Shown: one piece after another, positions 12,701 to 25,800 of the stretch
Position numbering within the stretch: the stretch's first letter is position 1
Layout: each line of letters starts with the position of its first letter
Translations under genes and position numbers: made by a program
Notes under the pieces: model-generated
Told to the model about the DNA's origin: nothing
What the model saw: the letters and a program-made list of their open reading frames with translations, nothing else
Databases searched by the model: none
NCBI GenBank assembly: GCA_037379345.1
Contig: CM074511.1
Coordinates: forward strand, 52,892,862-52,956,861
Reading direction: 5' to 3'
From: Perna viridis
Lineage: Eukaryota
Length of the DNA: 64,000 nt

Positions 12701-15087
12701 TGGCATTTATAGTCAGAACTTGCCAATCAGTATTTAAAGCTCCTATAAATCTGGCTGTCATCTTGTTCATTCAAGTGGAATGGTGCTAGGTTTTTTTTTT
12801 TTTATTTTCTGTTGTGGTATATAATGCATATTTTTTAACCTCCTGCACAATAGACACATTCTTTGTAGGAGACAGGGCTCAAATGTGGGAGGGTTGACAG
12901 GTACGGGAAAAAAAGTGGATCATATAACCAGAATGGAAATGGTGAATATGTCAAAGAGGCAACAACCCCAATGGGATAAAACATTTCAGCTCAAGGACCT
13001 CATAGGTATTCAATGAAGAACAAGGGAACCATCCCATCATACCACAAAACATTATACACAAGTACAGTGAAATAGTTACCCCTGTATAGTCCAACAATAT
13101 AAAAGTAAACTGAGAGTGAAAACAAAACAATATATACAGAGGTCAGAAAATCCGTGTCTAGGACGAATTTTGGTTACAGTGGGCTCAATATTTCCAGTGA
13201 TAAGGCTAAAATGTGTTTTCTAATAGGGTTTTGATAGTTACCTTTTCTTGGTGCAGCCAATAAAGCAGCATCAGAAGTAAAGCATTTGTAGAAGTTATAG
13301 CCGTCAACATTCATATGAAATTTCAAAACACTGGCATTAAACTTTGAAAAATGTCCAATCAAAAGCTATTTGCCTGTAATCCTGTTCAATCAAGGGGGAC
13401 CATTTTTTATATCCAAATGCATACACCATATATACCAAGTGTTGCTACAATAGGGGAAGAGTTTTTCAGTATGATAGTTGAGCAGAAAATGATGGCTGAC
13501 AGACCAAAAAGGGATTGCATCTGTGGTCCAGTTTAGCTAAACCTATATTTTGTATTTAGTACATAAGATGAATTGTTTGGTTAGGCAAAAGAATCCTGAT
13601 CAGCCATGCAACAGAATGTCAAATCTAATGAATTTTATGTCATCAAATGGATATCAGCTATACAAGTATGGCTGTTCATATATTAACTACAAAAGTTATA
13701 CACATTTTTTTTAATTATTTCTTTTTACAAAACAATATGAAAGACAAAATTGCAAATATCAACATGAAAGACATAAAATTTAATCTAACAGTAAACATTA
13801 TCTGTATAATGTAATACATGTATCAAAATTTAATGTGAAAGAAAAAAGTTTCTACTAGATATACAAGACCAACTGTCCTTCACAATAAAAGAAAAAGCTA
13901 TTGTTTATACAAGTTGTAATCAGTGAATGTAAGATAATAATTATTATATCAACACTTTTTAAGCACATTTCACATGAAGAGGCTACCTTTTTTTGTCAGA
14001 AGAGAAACCATCTCATGAACACTGTATCCACTTTTGAACTAATATCAGCTGGACATTATTATAAATATCATAGATGTTGAGTTTTGAACTAAATTAAAAA
14101 AAAACACACAATAACAAATTTTCTATTAGGATTTATCATTTAACACACTGGGGATGGAGTAACAAGTTAGATACACAAAATTACCCACATGGTCTTTAAA
14201 TTGTTGTTTTAACACATGTATTATTCATGGTCATATATTGTAAAATCTATAGACATGGACAGTGGAATATAAAAAAAAGACATAAATAACGACAATTGTT
14301 TAGGCAATTTTATGCATCTTACACATTAAGTCAAGTCATGTGACCTGACATAATCCAACTTACAAATAATTACATGAATGTTTGAAAATATAAAGAATTA
14401 AACAAATGGATTTCTCCTTTTTCTATTATGCTTTTCTATCCATCCTAATGGCACCTAAGATCACTCTATACATAATGATTTGTTATTCTTACACTGAATC
14501 AGACAAATATGATTTTATTGTCATAATAAAATCACTTAACATGATTTTTATCCACTCCTTTTTGTACTTCTCTAAGATCACTATCATTGGAATTTGAAAT
14601 AATCACAATAACTTATAAGAAAATCAATCAAAAATTATAATTGGCTTTTATATCATGACCAACACAAATTTTTATGGTAACTTCATTGTTATTCCATTGT
14701 TCTTACTGCCTGATAGTTGGTATAGCTGTGATCCTATAATGTATCAACAATCTCAGATTTCAAATTTATTTCAAATCAACTTTGACATGATGTTGCAATA
14801 AAACAGAATAACACCAGTTTTTAAAGTTTCAAAACTGAACATCATATCTCAACCTATTGATTTCATTGTGTTAATTTCTATCTCAACCTCAAAACTGCTG
14901 TTATTCTGTATTTTAATACATAGAAAATAAGCAAGAAAAACACAACCAAGAAAGGATATGAAGAACAAAACACTGTATTGGAAAAACTCATACATATATA
15001 TTATCCAGAATAAATAAATGCAAAACAAACATACACATCATAATAATCTGCCTGCAGACTTAGAACATAAACAAATAAAACCATATA

Positions 15088-15288
15088 CAGTGAAACTTCT
15101 CCAAAACGGCCAACACTGGGATGAGAAAAAATGGCCATTTTATAGGGGTGGGCAGTTTTATGAAAAATGGCAATGCATTCTAAGAGCTGTTTCTATTAAT
15201 GTGTTCTATAACCCTACACCTTGTCAATTTGTTGGTTGAGACATGATTAATGCCAATTCAAAACTCTGGGTTTGGAGAAGTTTCACTG
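15088..15288. mobile_element. Tc1/mariner (pogo/Tigger-type) MITE
   Basis: Perfect 18-bp TIR cagtgaaacttctccaaa, TA on both flanks. Confidence 0.85.
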
Positions 15289-16422
15289 TATATGTAATGT
15301 GAATTAAAGTAATGACAACAATTATAAATCATGAAGGAAAATATTTAATAGTACATGATTTGGCAAAATCAAGGAAACACCATAAAAATTAGCCAGATCA
15401 AGACGATCTAAAAGTAAGTGTGTTTGTACAGAGGTAGAAAATTATCACAGTACTTCTGTCATTGTGATAAAAAAAGAAAAATAAAGACATCATTATTAAA
15501 ATATTCATTAATGCTAAACATTAGGATAATACTTAGAAATTAAGAGCATGCATCACTAATGACCATTTAATTTGTTCCCAGGCACTTTTATTCCTATGTA
15601 TTTTGATTTTTCAAACAAGAAAAAAAAAAAGAATAGAAAATTCTAAATTCTAAAAAAAATCTTTCTTAGTGGACTTTTTTTCACATTTTCTCATACATTT
15701 GACATTGAGGTTTGACTTATCTATGTTGTTGATAGCCATGAAAATTGATAATTTGCATACAGTAGTTCTTTGTCATTGCAATGCAATCCTTAACTTATTT
15801 CTGTTGCCATGTTATCACAATGGAGTATAAATCAAATCAGTAAAATGAAGATTTATGAACTGTTAAAGTTTAAAATATACTACTCCTTAAAATCCAAATC
15901 AGTAAACACACAAAATTCTGCCATCTTTAAAAAAGAAACAAAAAAAAAAAAAACCCAACTGAAATCTTGATTAATTATGTAAGTCAAATACTGGTAAATC
16001 AGAAAAAAAATCTTATTTGTGCTTATCAATGGTAGTAGTGGATCCAGATGAGGGGGTTGACATCCCTCCTTTTTATTAGAAAATTTGTCATTTTCATGTG
16101 TAAAATTGACAAAAAATGGCAAATAATGTCCTAGCATCCCCCTTTTTCTGAGAAACCCAGACTAGCACCCCCTCCTTTTCAAAGTGTCTGGATACACACC
16201 TGAATGGGAACTATAGTGTACAAAATGAAATATTAATGATAAAAAATCTCAGATCTAAAACAAAAACAAAAACAAAAATCTGATTAAACAAAACCGGTAG
16301 TTTACATCAAAATATTGAAACAACACAATCAACATACATAATCCACATTTTCATACTTTAGACTGTATTAAAATTATATTGTATTAAATACGTAACAATC
16401 TATTACTATCACAGTTACCATA

Positions 16423-16612
16423 CTATAAACCAATTTATTTTTTGCTAATTTGCAAACTGGAAAAATGGTGAAAATAAATCACAGTGAACAAGTCATTTTA
16501 TCACAGAATACATCTTTTAGTTAGTGATAAATGCAAATTTAAATAGCCACAAAATTGGATTGACATATTCAATTATAAGAATAAGTATCAGTGAAAATAA
16601 ATTGGTTTACAG
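16423..16612. mobile_element. TA-flanked MITE
   Basis: TIR ct(a/g)taaaccaatttattt with 1 mismatch, TA flanks. Confidence 0.75.
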
Positions 16613-16752
16613 TAGATAGAAACATTGGAATTCATTAAGAAATTTGTCTAATCATAATCAATCGTAGCTGTTTTTACATGTATAAACTGGATTAGTGACA
16701 TAGAATTTGATCTGTGCAAACAATCTCAATGGAACCAACAGTAACAAAGCAC

Positions 16753-16892
16753 TTAGAATATTTGTATATTGGGGAAGTCTTTACTGCTTTGAGTGCTTCT
16801 TGCACTACTCCTAGCACTGTTAGGTCGGACCAATTCTACTGTACTTCCAGCTAAACTGTCATCGTCTGTAGTTTCTCCTCTAAATGATCCAT
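16753..16892 (-). CDS. ABCA last coding exon (...[12 protein letters not shown]...FPNIQIF*)
   Basis: CAG acceptor, phase 1, TAA at 16753-16755. Confidence 0.7.
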
Positions 16893-19800
16893 CTGTTATG
16901 CAACAAAGAGGGATAAAGGTTAAAACTAAAGTAAGTTTATAAAGATATACATGAATTACAAATTTTCAAAATGTAAAAAGGTTGTAGCTTCTAAATAATA
17001 AATGAAATAACATAATTATAATTGAACTTGACCTGTATTTCATGGCCGAAAGCAATGTGTTAAAATATGAAAATATATTGATGAGGCAGTTCTGTAATTA
17101 CTGGGTATCATAGGGAAAACCAAAGTGTGATTGACAAATGGGTTGGACGAATAGATGGAAGTATGATAGATCTTTGGAGAACTATATACCCTTGATTTTA
17201 GCAGAAAAATAATAAAAAGCCTCCCCAAGCACAGCATTACATGACTGCAGTGGGCAAACCCTGAACAGTTGGGGCAAGTGTGGACACAATATAAGTTTCT
17301 GACACATTTAAGCATAAGGACTTATGGATACGTCAAATAGTTTGGACACTTATTGCACAAAATTTTAAATTAAATGAAAAATTTTCAAAATCAGACCAAA
17401 AATTTAAAAAAAATCTATTTTTTCATGTGTGGCCCCTTTGACCCCTTATAACTAGATTACTGTTAGAGATATCTGAAATCTGATTGACATAGGCAGACTG
17501 AGATTTTAATGAGGAATCCAATAAAAAAAAATTTGAAATCAGACCAAAAACAAAGAAGTTTTTTTACAGGTGTGGCCCCTTTGACCCCTTATAATTCGAA
17601 ATCATTAAGAGATATCTGAAATCTGATTGAAAAATGCACGCAGGGATTTTATAGGAATCCAATGACAAAAAATATCAAAATTTGGACCAAAATAACCAGT
17701 TGAATATTTTGGGTGTTGCCCAACTTTATTCCCCTGTAACTCAAAAGCCATAGGAGATATATAAAATTTGATTGCAAATGAAGCATAAAATTTGTTTACC
17801 AGAATTAAATAAGGTAAGGTACACAATTAAAAAAGAAACAATTAAAATCAGAGAAAAAAAAAAACAGACATTCTACATTCTATTTAATAAAACACCTAGT
17901 TTTACCCTTTTTGGCTCCTTTTTCTAACTTTTTCTAGCTTACGTCAATAGATATGAATAATTCACCAAAATTTCATAAAAGTTAGTGAAAGTGTTTTTGA
18001 GTTATTGTGCAAAAACTTGAAAACCCCCTTTTTATAAGTAAAAAAAATTCATAACAAGGAAATGAAAAATCTGAAATTTACAAAATCGAAAGAGAGCTTA
18101 TATCAATACATATGAACAATTTACCAAAGTTTCATAAAATTTGGTGAAAGTGTTTTTCAGTAAATGTCCGAAATCTGGACAACCGACGGACGAAAAATGG
18201 TAAAAAACCATAATATGTCCCGTCTTAGACGGGCATATAAAAATTGCAAACCTTATCAGGACATGACTTACATAAATTGATTCTTCTTTCATGTGTCATG
18301 AGATCAACAGCACTACCAGTAACACTCTCTATGTCTGATTCATCAGGAGCTATACTATTCCTCGAGCTACCACTTCGATGAAATATACCTATTATATATC
18401 ACATAAATATGAAATAAGAAGTCACTATTAAATGTTTACATTCATCATCACAGAGGATGATGGAACAATTCTAAAAAGATTACTACTTTGACTTTTCTTC
18501 AAAATTCTACTAATGTGAATTGGATCTACAACTAAGCCACAAATGTACAGGTATACATCTTTTCGAGCATAGGGAAGACATTTCGGATACATGAGTCAAC
18601 TTTTTCTAAGCACAATTTGAAGATCTAGTATTCTTGGCATTTGTAAAAATTTTCTCGAGAAATAACAGGTCTCTAAAAGATTACACATACCCAGTTCTAC
18701 TAAGTAGTGCAAGGAGTGGAAAACATTAAGTGCATTAAGTTCACAAAAAGAAATCTACATCTGCTGGTCAGACTACACATACACTTCTAATGGAAACAAC
18801 ACATAGTTTTCAGATTAGTGTCATATAAGTCAAAGAGCCAGACTGTTTCTTAAAAGTAACAGATTAATGCCCTGAAGATGCTTCCAATGAGGTTAAATAC
18901 ACAGTAATTTTGATATTATAAAGTGATCTTATTGGACCATCTCTAAAGATTAATGTTAAGTTTTATTAGTTTTTTTTGTAAGTAGTGTCAGATAAGCTTA
19001 TCTATTGACCATTCAAAATCTATGAATATTATTGATACAAATTTGTTTACTCCAGCAGAATATTTCTCCCAAGTTAAGCTGGATTGTCTGTAGAATGTAC
19101 AATGTTAACAGAAGGATGACAGCTAACATAATGACTCGGTAAATTGTATAGAATTGAAAAAGAGTTTGGATCATGGATATTATTTTTTTTCCCATATCTA
19201 TGGCCAAACTTTTCAGATTTTCATTAAAAATATGTGATACCTGAACCAATTTAAGCTAACTCAAGTCAAAAGAGTGTGAGCAAGTTGAACAAAAAGCCTC
19301 TCGCTTCATTAAGACTAAACATGTCATGTATAAAATGAGCAAGACCATGCTTATCTTCCTTTATACACATATCATATGATTACCAGACTATATAGCTCTC
19401 ATAAAATCCATTGAGTGGTTTAGAAGGAGTTTTTCTTTCTCAATAAGTAGGTAAATAAACTGGTTAACAGACATAAAGATTGATTCCTATAAAACCCTAT
19501 CATTTTCTTGGAAGAGTGTAATAAAACTTATAGCTTGGATATATGAAGCTAATAGATGCAAAAATTAATAAAAGTGAAATTATCAAGCAGACCTTATCAG
19601 GTAAACCATTACACATTCCCCAAAAAAAAAAAAAAAAAACTAAACACAGCAAACAGAAGGTTAGGTTTGTTAGTATCACCTCTATCCCAACAATGTTTCA
19701 CACCTTTACGTTTGGCTGTGTAAGAAAAAAAAATATCTTTAACCTACAAGTTTATCAAACTAATCACCATTTTAATTGCTAATACATTCTGACAACCAAA

Positions 19801-22800
19801 TACTAACCAATGATTGGTTGATTGATTTTCTAGTACTTAAAATCCTTTCATTGATATTTTTGAAAATGAAGTAAAAATTATCATATTACAAAAAGGAAAA
19901 AAAAATGGTTGTAAAAGGACCTGAATTGCAATATGTAACTAATGAATACAATAGTCTGCATACATGTACATGTCATCCAGACCAATAAAATAATTCATTT
20001 TAATGATACTTTAATACTCAGTACCTACCATTTTCTGTTCCTTCAACTGACTTATTCTTCATTTCATCATCTAACATGTCTGTCTGCTTTGAGGCAAAAT
20101 GAATGAAAACCTGAAATAAAACAAAAATACTTGACTGTTAGACTTTTAAAGTCATAATACAATAGCCTAGTTCCTGTGAATGTTAATACAATAGCTAAGT
20201 TTCTGTGAATGTTAATAAAATAGCCTAGTTCCTGTGAATGTTAATACAATAGCCTGATTCCTGTGAATATTAATACAATAGCCTAGTTTCTGTGAATGTT
20301 AACACAATAGCATAGTTTCTGTGAATGTTTAATATTATACAAATATAATAAAAAATACACTCTAAAGACACATATGAAAAAAACAGTACTGATATTAGAA
20401 CTTATGTTTTGATATATTGATAGTGGTAACCTTCCAAATAACTTTTTTTATGTTTAACACAGAAATGGTTCCGTAAGGTATTAAGGAGGTAGACCTAGGG
20501 TAAGGGAATATCTCTTGAAATTAGTGATATGTTTGTATCATATTCAATTCACAAAAGCCTATCAAGCTTTCATTTGAAACAGAATGAAATCAGTTCAAGT
20601 TATTTTGATGCTTAGATGAGATTGATGTAAAATGCTGAATACAAACATTCCAATGATTTGTATGAGTTGTGTCCCTTACCCAAGGTTTACCTCCAAAATG
20701 GCAGTTTGATATTAAAAGAGAGATTGATATTAAAGAGCAGATTGATGTTAAAGAATAGACTGATATCAAAGGACAGACTGATATTAAAGGACAGATTGAT
20801 ATTAAAGGGCAGATTGATATTAAAGGAGAGATTAATATTAAAGGACAGATTAATATCAAAGGAGAGATTGAAATTAAATGACAGACTGATATTAAAGGAG
20901 AGATTGATATTAAAGGAGACTGATATTAAAGGACAGATTGATATTAAAAGGCAGACTGATATTAAAGAAGAGATTGATATTAAAAGGCAGATTGATATCA
21001 AAGGAGAGATTGATATCAAAGGGTAGATTGATATTACAAGGCAGAATGATATTAAATGACAGACTGATATTAAAAGAGAGATTGACATTAAAGAGCAGAT
21101 TGATGTCAAAGGATAGATTGATATCAAATGGCAGACTGATTTTAAAAGGCAGATTGATATTAAAGGAGAAATTGATTTCTGGTAACTGTTGTTTTTCACT
21201 TGAAGAAGTAGCAGGGTACAGTAGAGTATGTCAACACCAACATTATTGGCCGTCTCAAGTACAATTAGTTAAGAACAATAATATATTAAGTTTATACGAT
21301 AACATGAGAACATCAATATAATCTCACCTGGTCTAAAGTCGTCTGAGACACAGAGTAGTCTTCTATCATCAGCTCTTCTTTAACTGCCTCTAACTGACCA
21401 AATATCCTTGACAGTTTAATTTTAGAATCAAGCTGGTACTGAACCATGTTGTTATGTTCCTCCTTGAGATCAGGATCACCAAACACATTGGTGATAAACT
21501 CCTTGACAGGCTGTAGGTCTGGAACCTCACCTGCCACTCTGATGATCACAGTGTAACCATCGCCAAACCTGTCAGGTGTAAACAGAAAATATCAAATCTG
21601 CAGCTAAAATCTTTTTTTAGTAAATCCAACAAATGTACTGTCTTCATTACACTGGTATGGTAATAATGCAATGTTATTTTGTGAATAAGGGATACAAAGG
21701 TCATTTACAGTATTAGTATGTATGTAAATGATAATGATGGTTCAAGATCTACATATCTGTAAAGAGATACTGAAGAAGTAAACTCAATACGGCATAGTAT
21801 GCATGACATATTTTCAGTGTATAAACTCATGAAGCTAATGACCAATAAGAAATAATCAACTACTCCAAGTATTCTACAAAATCCCACCTGTTTTTAAGAT
21901 GTTGTGTACTACCAATACATTTCAGTCTACCATTCACCATTATAGCTAGTCTGTTACATAGGGCTTCACATTCTTCCATACTGAAATTATACCATTGCAA
22001 TAAAAAGTAACAAATAACTCAGAGCTACCAATCATAGTTTTGCATACCTTTTATATCTGCTTACTTTTCATAGTATCCAGTATCAGAATTAAATCAGGTA
22101 TGAAAACTAGTGGCCATTTTATTTGTGAAATATGGCCATGAAAATGTTATAAGCGCCATATTTTCAGAACAAGTTCCATATGTACTAACTTTAGTCTGTT
22201 TTTTGATGTTTGTTTTAGAGAATTCAAGATATACTATGATTGACCAAGAGCAATTACAATTTTGTTGGCAATGGGAAACTTCAAGCAGCCTGAGTAAGGG
22301 CAGGTAATTATTGTTATAACAAACCTGTGTGAAGTAAGTATAACAGATCTTCCATCCTTTACAATATTATTGATACAGTTCCATAAGAACCTCCTAGCAT
22401 GTGGATCCATTCCTGTTGTTGGTTCATCCTGTAATGAGGAATGTAACCATACTCAATCATTAAATATAAATATACACACTTCATTTAACAAAATTGTTGC
22501 ATGATACAGCCATACATGTGCATGTATGTCTCCCACTGCTATCAAAATTTGAAGTGCCCAAAGTTCCATAACTCTAACAAAATTGCAAGTAGTTAAATCG
22601 AGATAACTGTTTACTCATCATGACAATACATTCTATCCAATGTGGATGCAATTCATCATGCATTTTCAGAGGACATGTGTCAACACAGTTGTGTCCACAT
22701 AGTGTTGAGGACAGAAACCATAAACATGCCCATCCATCACTTCAGATAATGACAACAAATTAACAAACTTCTGCACCCCCCCCCAAAATGAAAACAGAGT

Positions 22801-25800
22801 TCAATGAACAAGGCACAGTGTTTTGTACAAAATTCAGAATGATGACTGGAACTAAATCTTATTTTATAAGACAGGTTATATTTTTTAGATATGTCAAAAT
22901 TTGGTGTGTTTTAAAGCTGCCAGCCTTTACCATGAGTACCCAGGAAGAAACAATAAAAAAATAAGAAAGAGTTAGAACTACCTTGTCTTAATTTACACGT
23001 ACAAATGTATATATTATGAGAACATACCATAAATATCACAGATGGGTTGCCAATTAATGATATAGCTGTAGACAGTTTACGTTTGTTTCCACCAGAATAG
23101 TCTCCAGACATTTTATCAGCATACTGGACTAATCCTAGTTTGCGGATACACCATGATGAAATCTGAAATATGCATCATAACACTCAGAATAAATATGAAA
23201 TTCCTAGAAACTCCATTCAAGTATATGTATAATCTTACTTAGCACATTTGAAGTTTTCATCATAAGTCTACTTCATTACATGTACTTGAATAACCTTAAA
23301 AGTGTAAAATCAGTGTACCACGTACCATACAACATTGTAAAGACCAAATATTCTCTATTGACCTAACTGACAGCATTTCATATGTATGTGATAGTGAATG
23401 ATCTGTTATTTACTGAAATAAAAATCAATATAAAAACTGTGCAAACAAAACAGACTGCACGCTAGATCGTGTTAAGAATACCCCTACTCAATCATTTCAG
23501 TCAAAACTGGAAAAGACAGACACAGTAGAAGTCATTATGCACAAGCAATACACTAAATATCTAAGCATTCCCTATAAAAAAAAGCTGAGAAATCTGTTAC
23601 AAAATTTGTCCATTATGTACTATACAAAAAATTACTATGTTGATCAGTAAACAAGAAGTAGATGAGTGAGAAACCTGGAAAGGGGAGACACAGCACATGT
23701 CATGATGAAAAAGCAACAACCAAATATCTAAGCATTCCCTGTAATAGAATCTGGAAATCTGTTACGAAAATTTTCTTATGTACCACTTGAAAAATTAATA
23801 TGCTGATCTGTAAACAGGAAGTAGATGAGTAGGGAGGCATGGTACAAATCATCATGCAAAAGCAATATACAAAATATCTTGGCTTTCCTTCCAATAGAAG
23901 CTGAGAAATCTGTTACAGAAGTGAAGCAGACGGACGGACAATCAAGGTGATTGCAATATAGCCCAGTATATTAATACTTCAGAAACTACAAAAATTGATT
24001 CACTAGACACTATACATAACTAACCTGTTTAATATCGCTCTCCTTTATCCCCCTGAGTCTGGCAAAGAAACACAAAATCTCTCTGCCTGTCAAAAGTGGG
24101 TCAAAGGCATCAAACTGGGGACAATATCCAAGGTCAAGTCGTACTTTCTCAAGGTCAGTTAGAACACTACAAATATGTTAAAAATTATCATAAACAAAAT
24201 CTAAAGAAAAGAATTATGAAGCTAAAAAGATATTATATTTAGTATTTTAGTCACTTAATAATTGCAGTTTATTTTGAAGGAAGACGATTCAATTTAAAAA
24301 AAAGTGCAATATTATTGTTTCAACAATGTTCAAGGTCAAAGCAAACTTTAGCGGTTAAAAGTATAAGACAGTCTAAAAATGAACCTGATGAAGTATAATA
24401 AGATGTGGGCTGATATTCCTACTGGATCATAGCTCTTCATTCATTCACATGCCAATTCTTTTCATAATCAATTTCAACATCTTTTGTTTTTAATAAATAT
24501 ATATTATGATCTTAAATATTTTGTAAAGGTTATACCGGTATTTTATCATATCAGGTATCCACATTCTACCTTGGTATAAAAATTAAACAACATTTAGAAT
24601 TTGTTTTCCTCCTATGCATTGTTTCGCAAATGTGAAATCTTTTTAGCTAAAAAAAATTAATAGGGAGATGCCATAAATGTAGATTCATCAATTTTCATGT
24701 CGAAAATTTTCAACATGTGGAAAATAAAGACAGCTTATATTCATAAAGTTTGACACTAGGAAAATTTATACATTATACTGTAACATCCCTATACCTGTGG
24801 CCATTCAGTGTAGCATTGCCTTTAGTAACATCTACATCTCCTGTCATCATTTTGAATGTTGTAGTCTTTCCTGCTCCATTAACTCCAAGCAAACCAAAAC
24901 ATTGTCCATTAGGTACACCAAAACAAGATCTATCCACAGCAATATTTCTTCCTTTCTTCCCATGTAGCTGATAAACCTGATATGAAATGAATGCAATACA
25001 GAAAATTTCTAAACACAATAAAGAAAAAAAAACAACTTCATAAGTTTATATCTCAGCATTGAATCAATTTTCAATTTATTGCAGTTCCAAGCACTCATTG
25101 AATCTTGGCATTCTTCACAATTGTATTCTTATTTTGGTTATTTACACTTTCCAATTCATTATCTTATAAATATCAATTACCTTTGTGAGGTTCTCCACTA
25201 CTAGAACATCATCCTTTGTGTCTTTATTATTGATTCTTCTCCTTTCATTCGCCACATCAATATCCTCATCATCCAGTGATTTAAAGTCTGGTTTACGTCC
25301 AAAGCAATTCCAACTGAAATGTTTCTTTTAACTAAATACATTTTCAATGATACGAAGAGGTTAAAAATTTTCTGGTTTACTGGTGTTTTTAATTTATTCA
25401 GGGTTCTTTTAAGATAGGTTTCACAGTTACACTATGAAGTTGCCAGATAAGAATACCATGTACTTAAAACCAAAAAAAAGCCAATCCTAATTGTGTTATT
25501 GACATACAAAATGAAAAAAGTATATTCCACAGTGATGAAAAAAATGAATAAATACCTTCTCCTGATGAAGAAGTTATATTCCACCAGGAGGTTGATAATA
25601 AACATAAATAATCCAATACAAAACATTGACAGCATGTTTCTTCCCACTTGGTCAAATATAAATGGACTCTTCCATATTTTAGAATCTACAAAGGGGATAA
25701 TGTCACATTTAATTTGCTTTTAACCATTGGAAATTTGACAGTTCAAATTCATTGCCACTGGATTTTGACCTTTCCATTGTTATATTAAGCACAAAAGTCA

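Noticed and set aside
9900-16750. Short ORFs between the two convergent genes
   Set aside because: AT-rich, with no motifs or coherent splice pattern. This is likely UTR or intergenic sequence with repeat fragments.
20590-21321. ILK/ISI-repeat ORFs
   Set aside because: They are translations of the 18-bp minisatellite.
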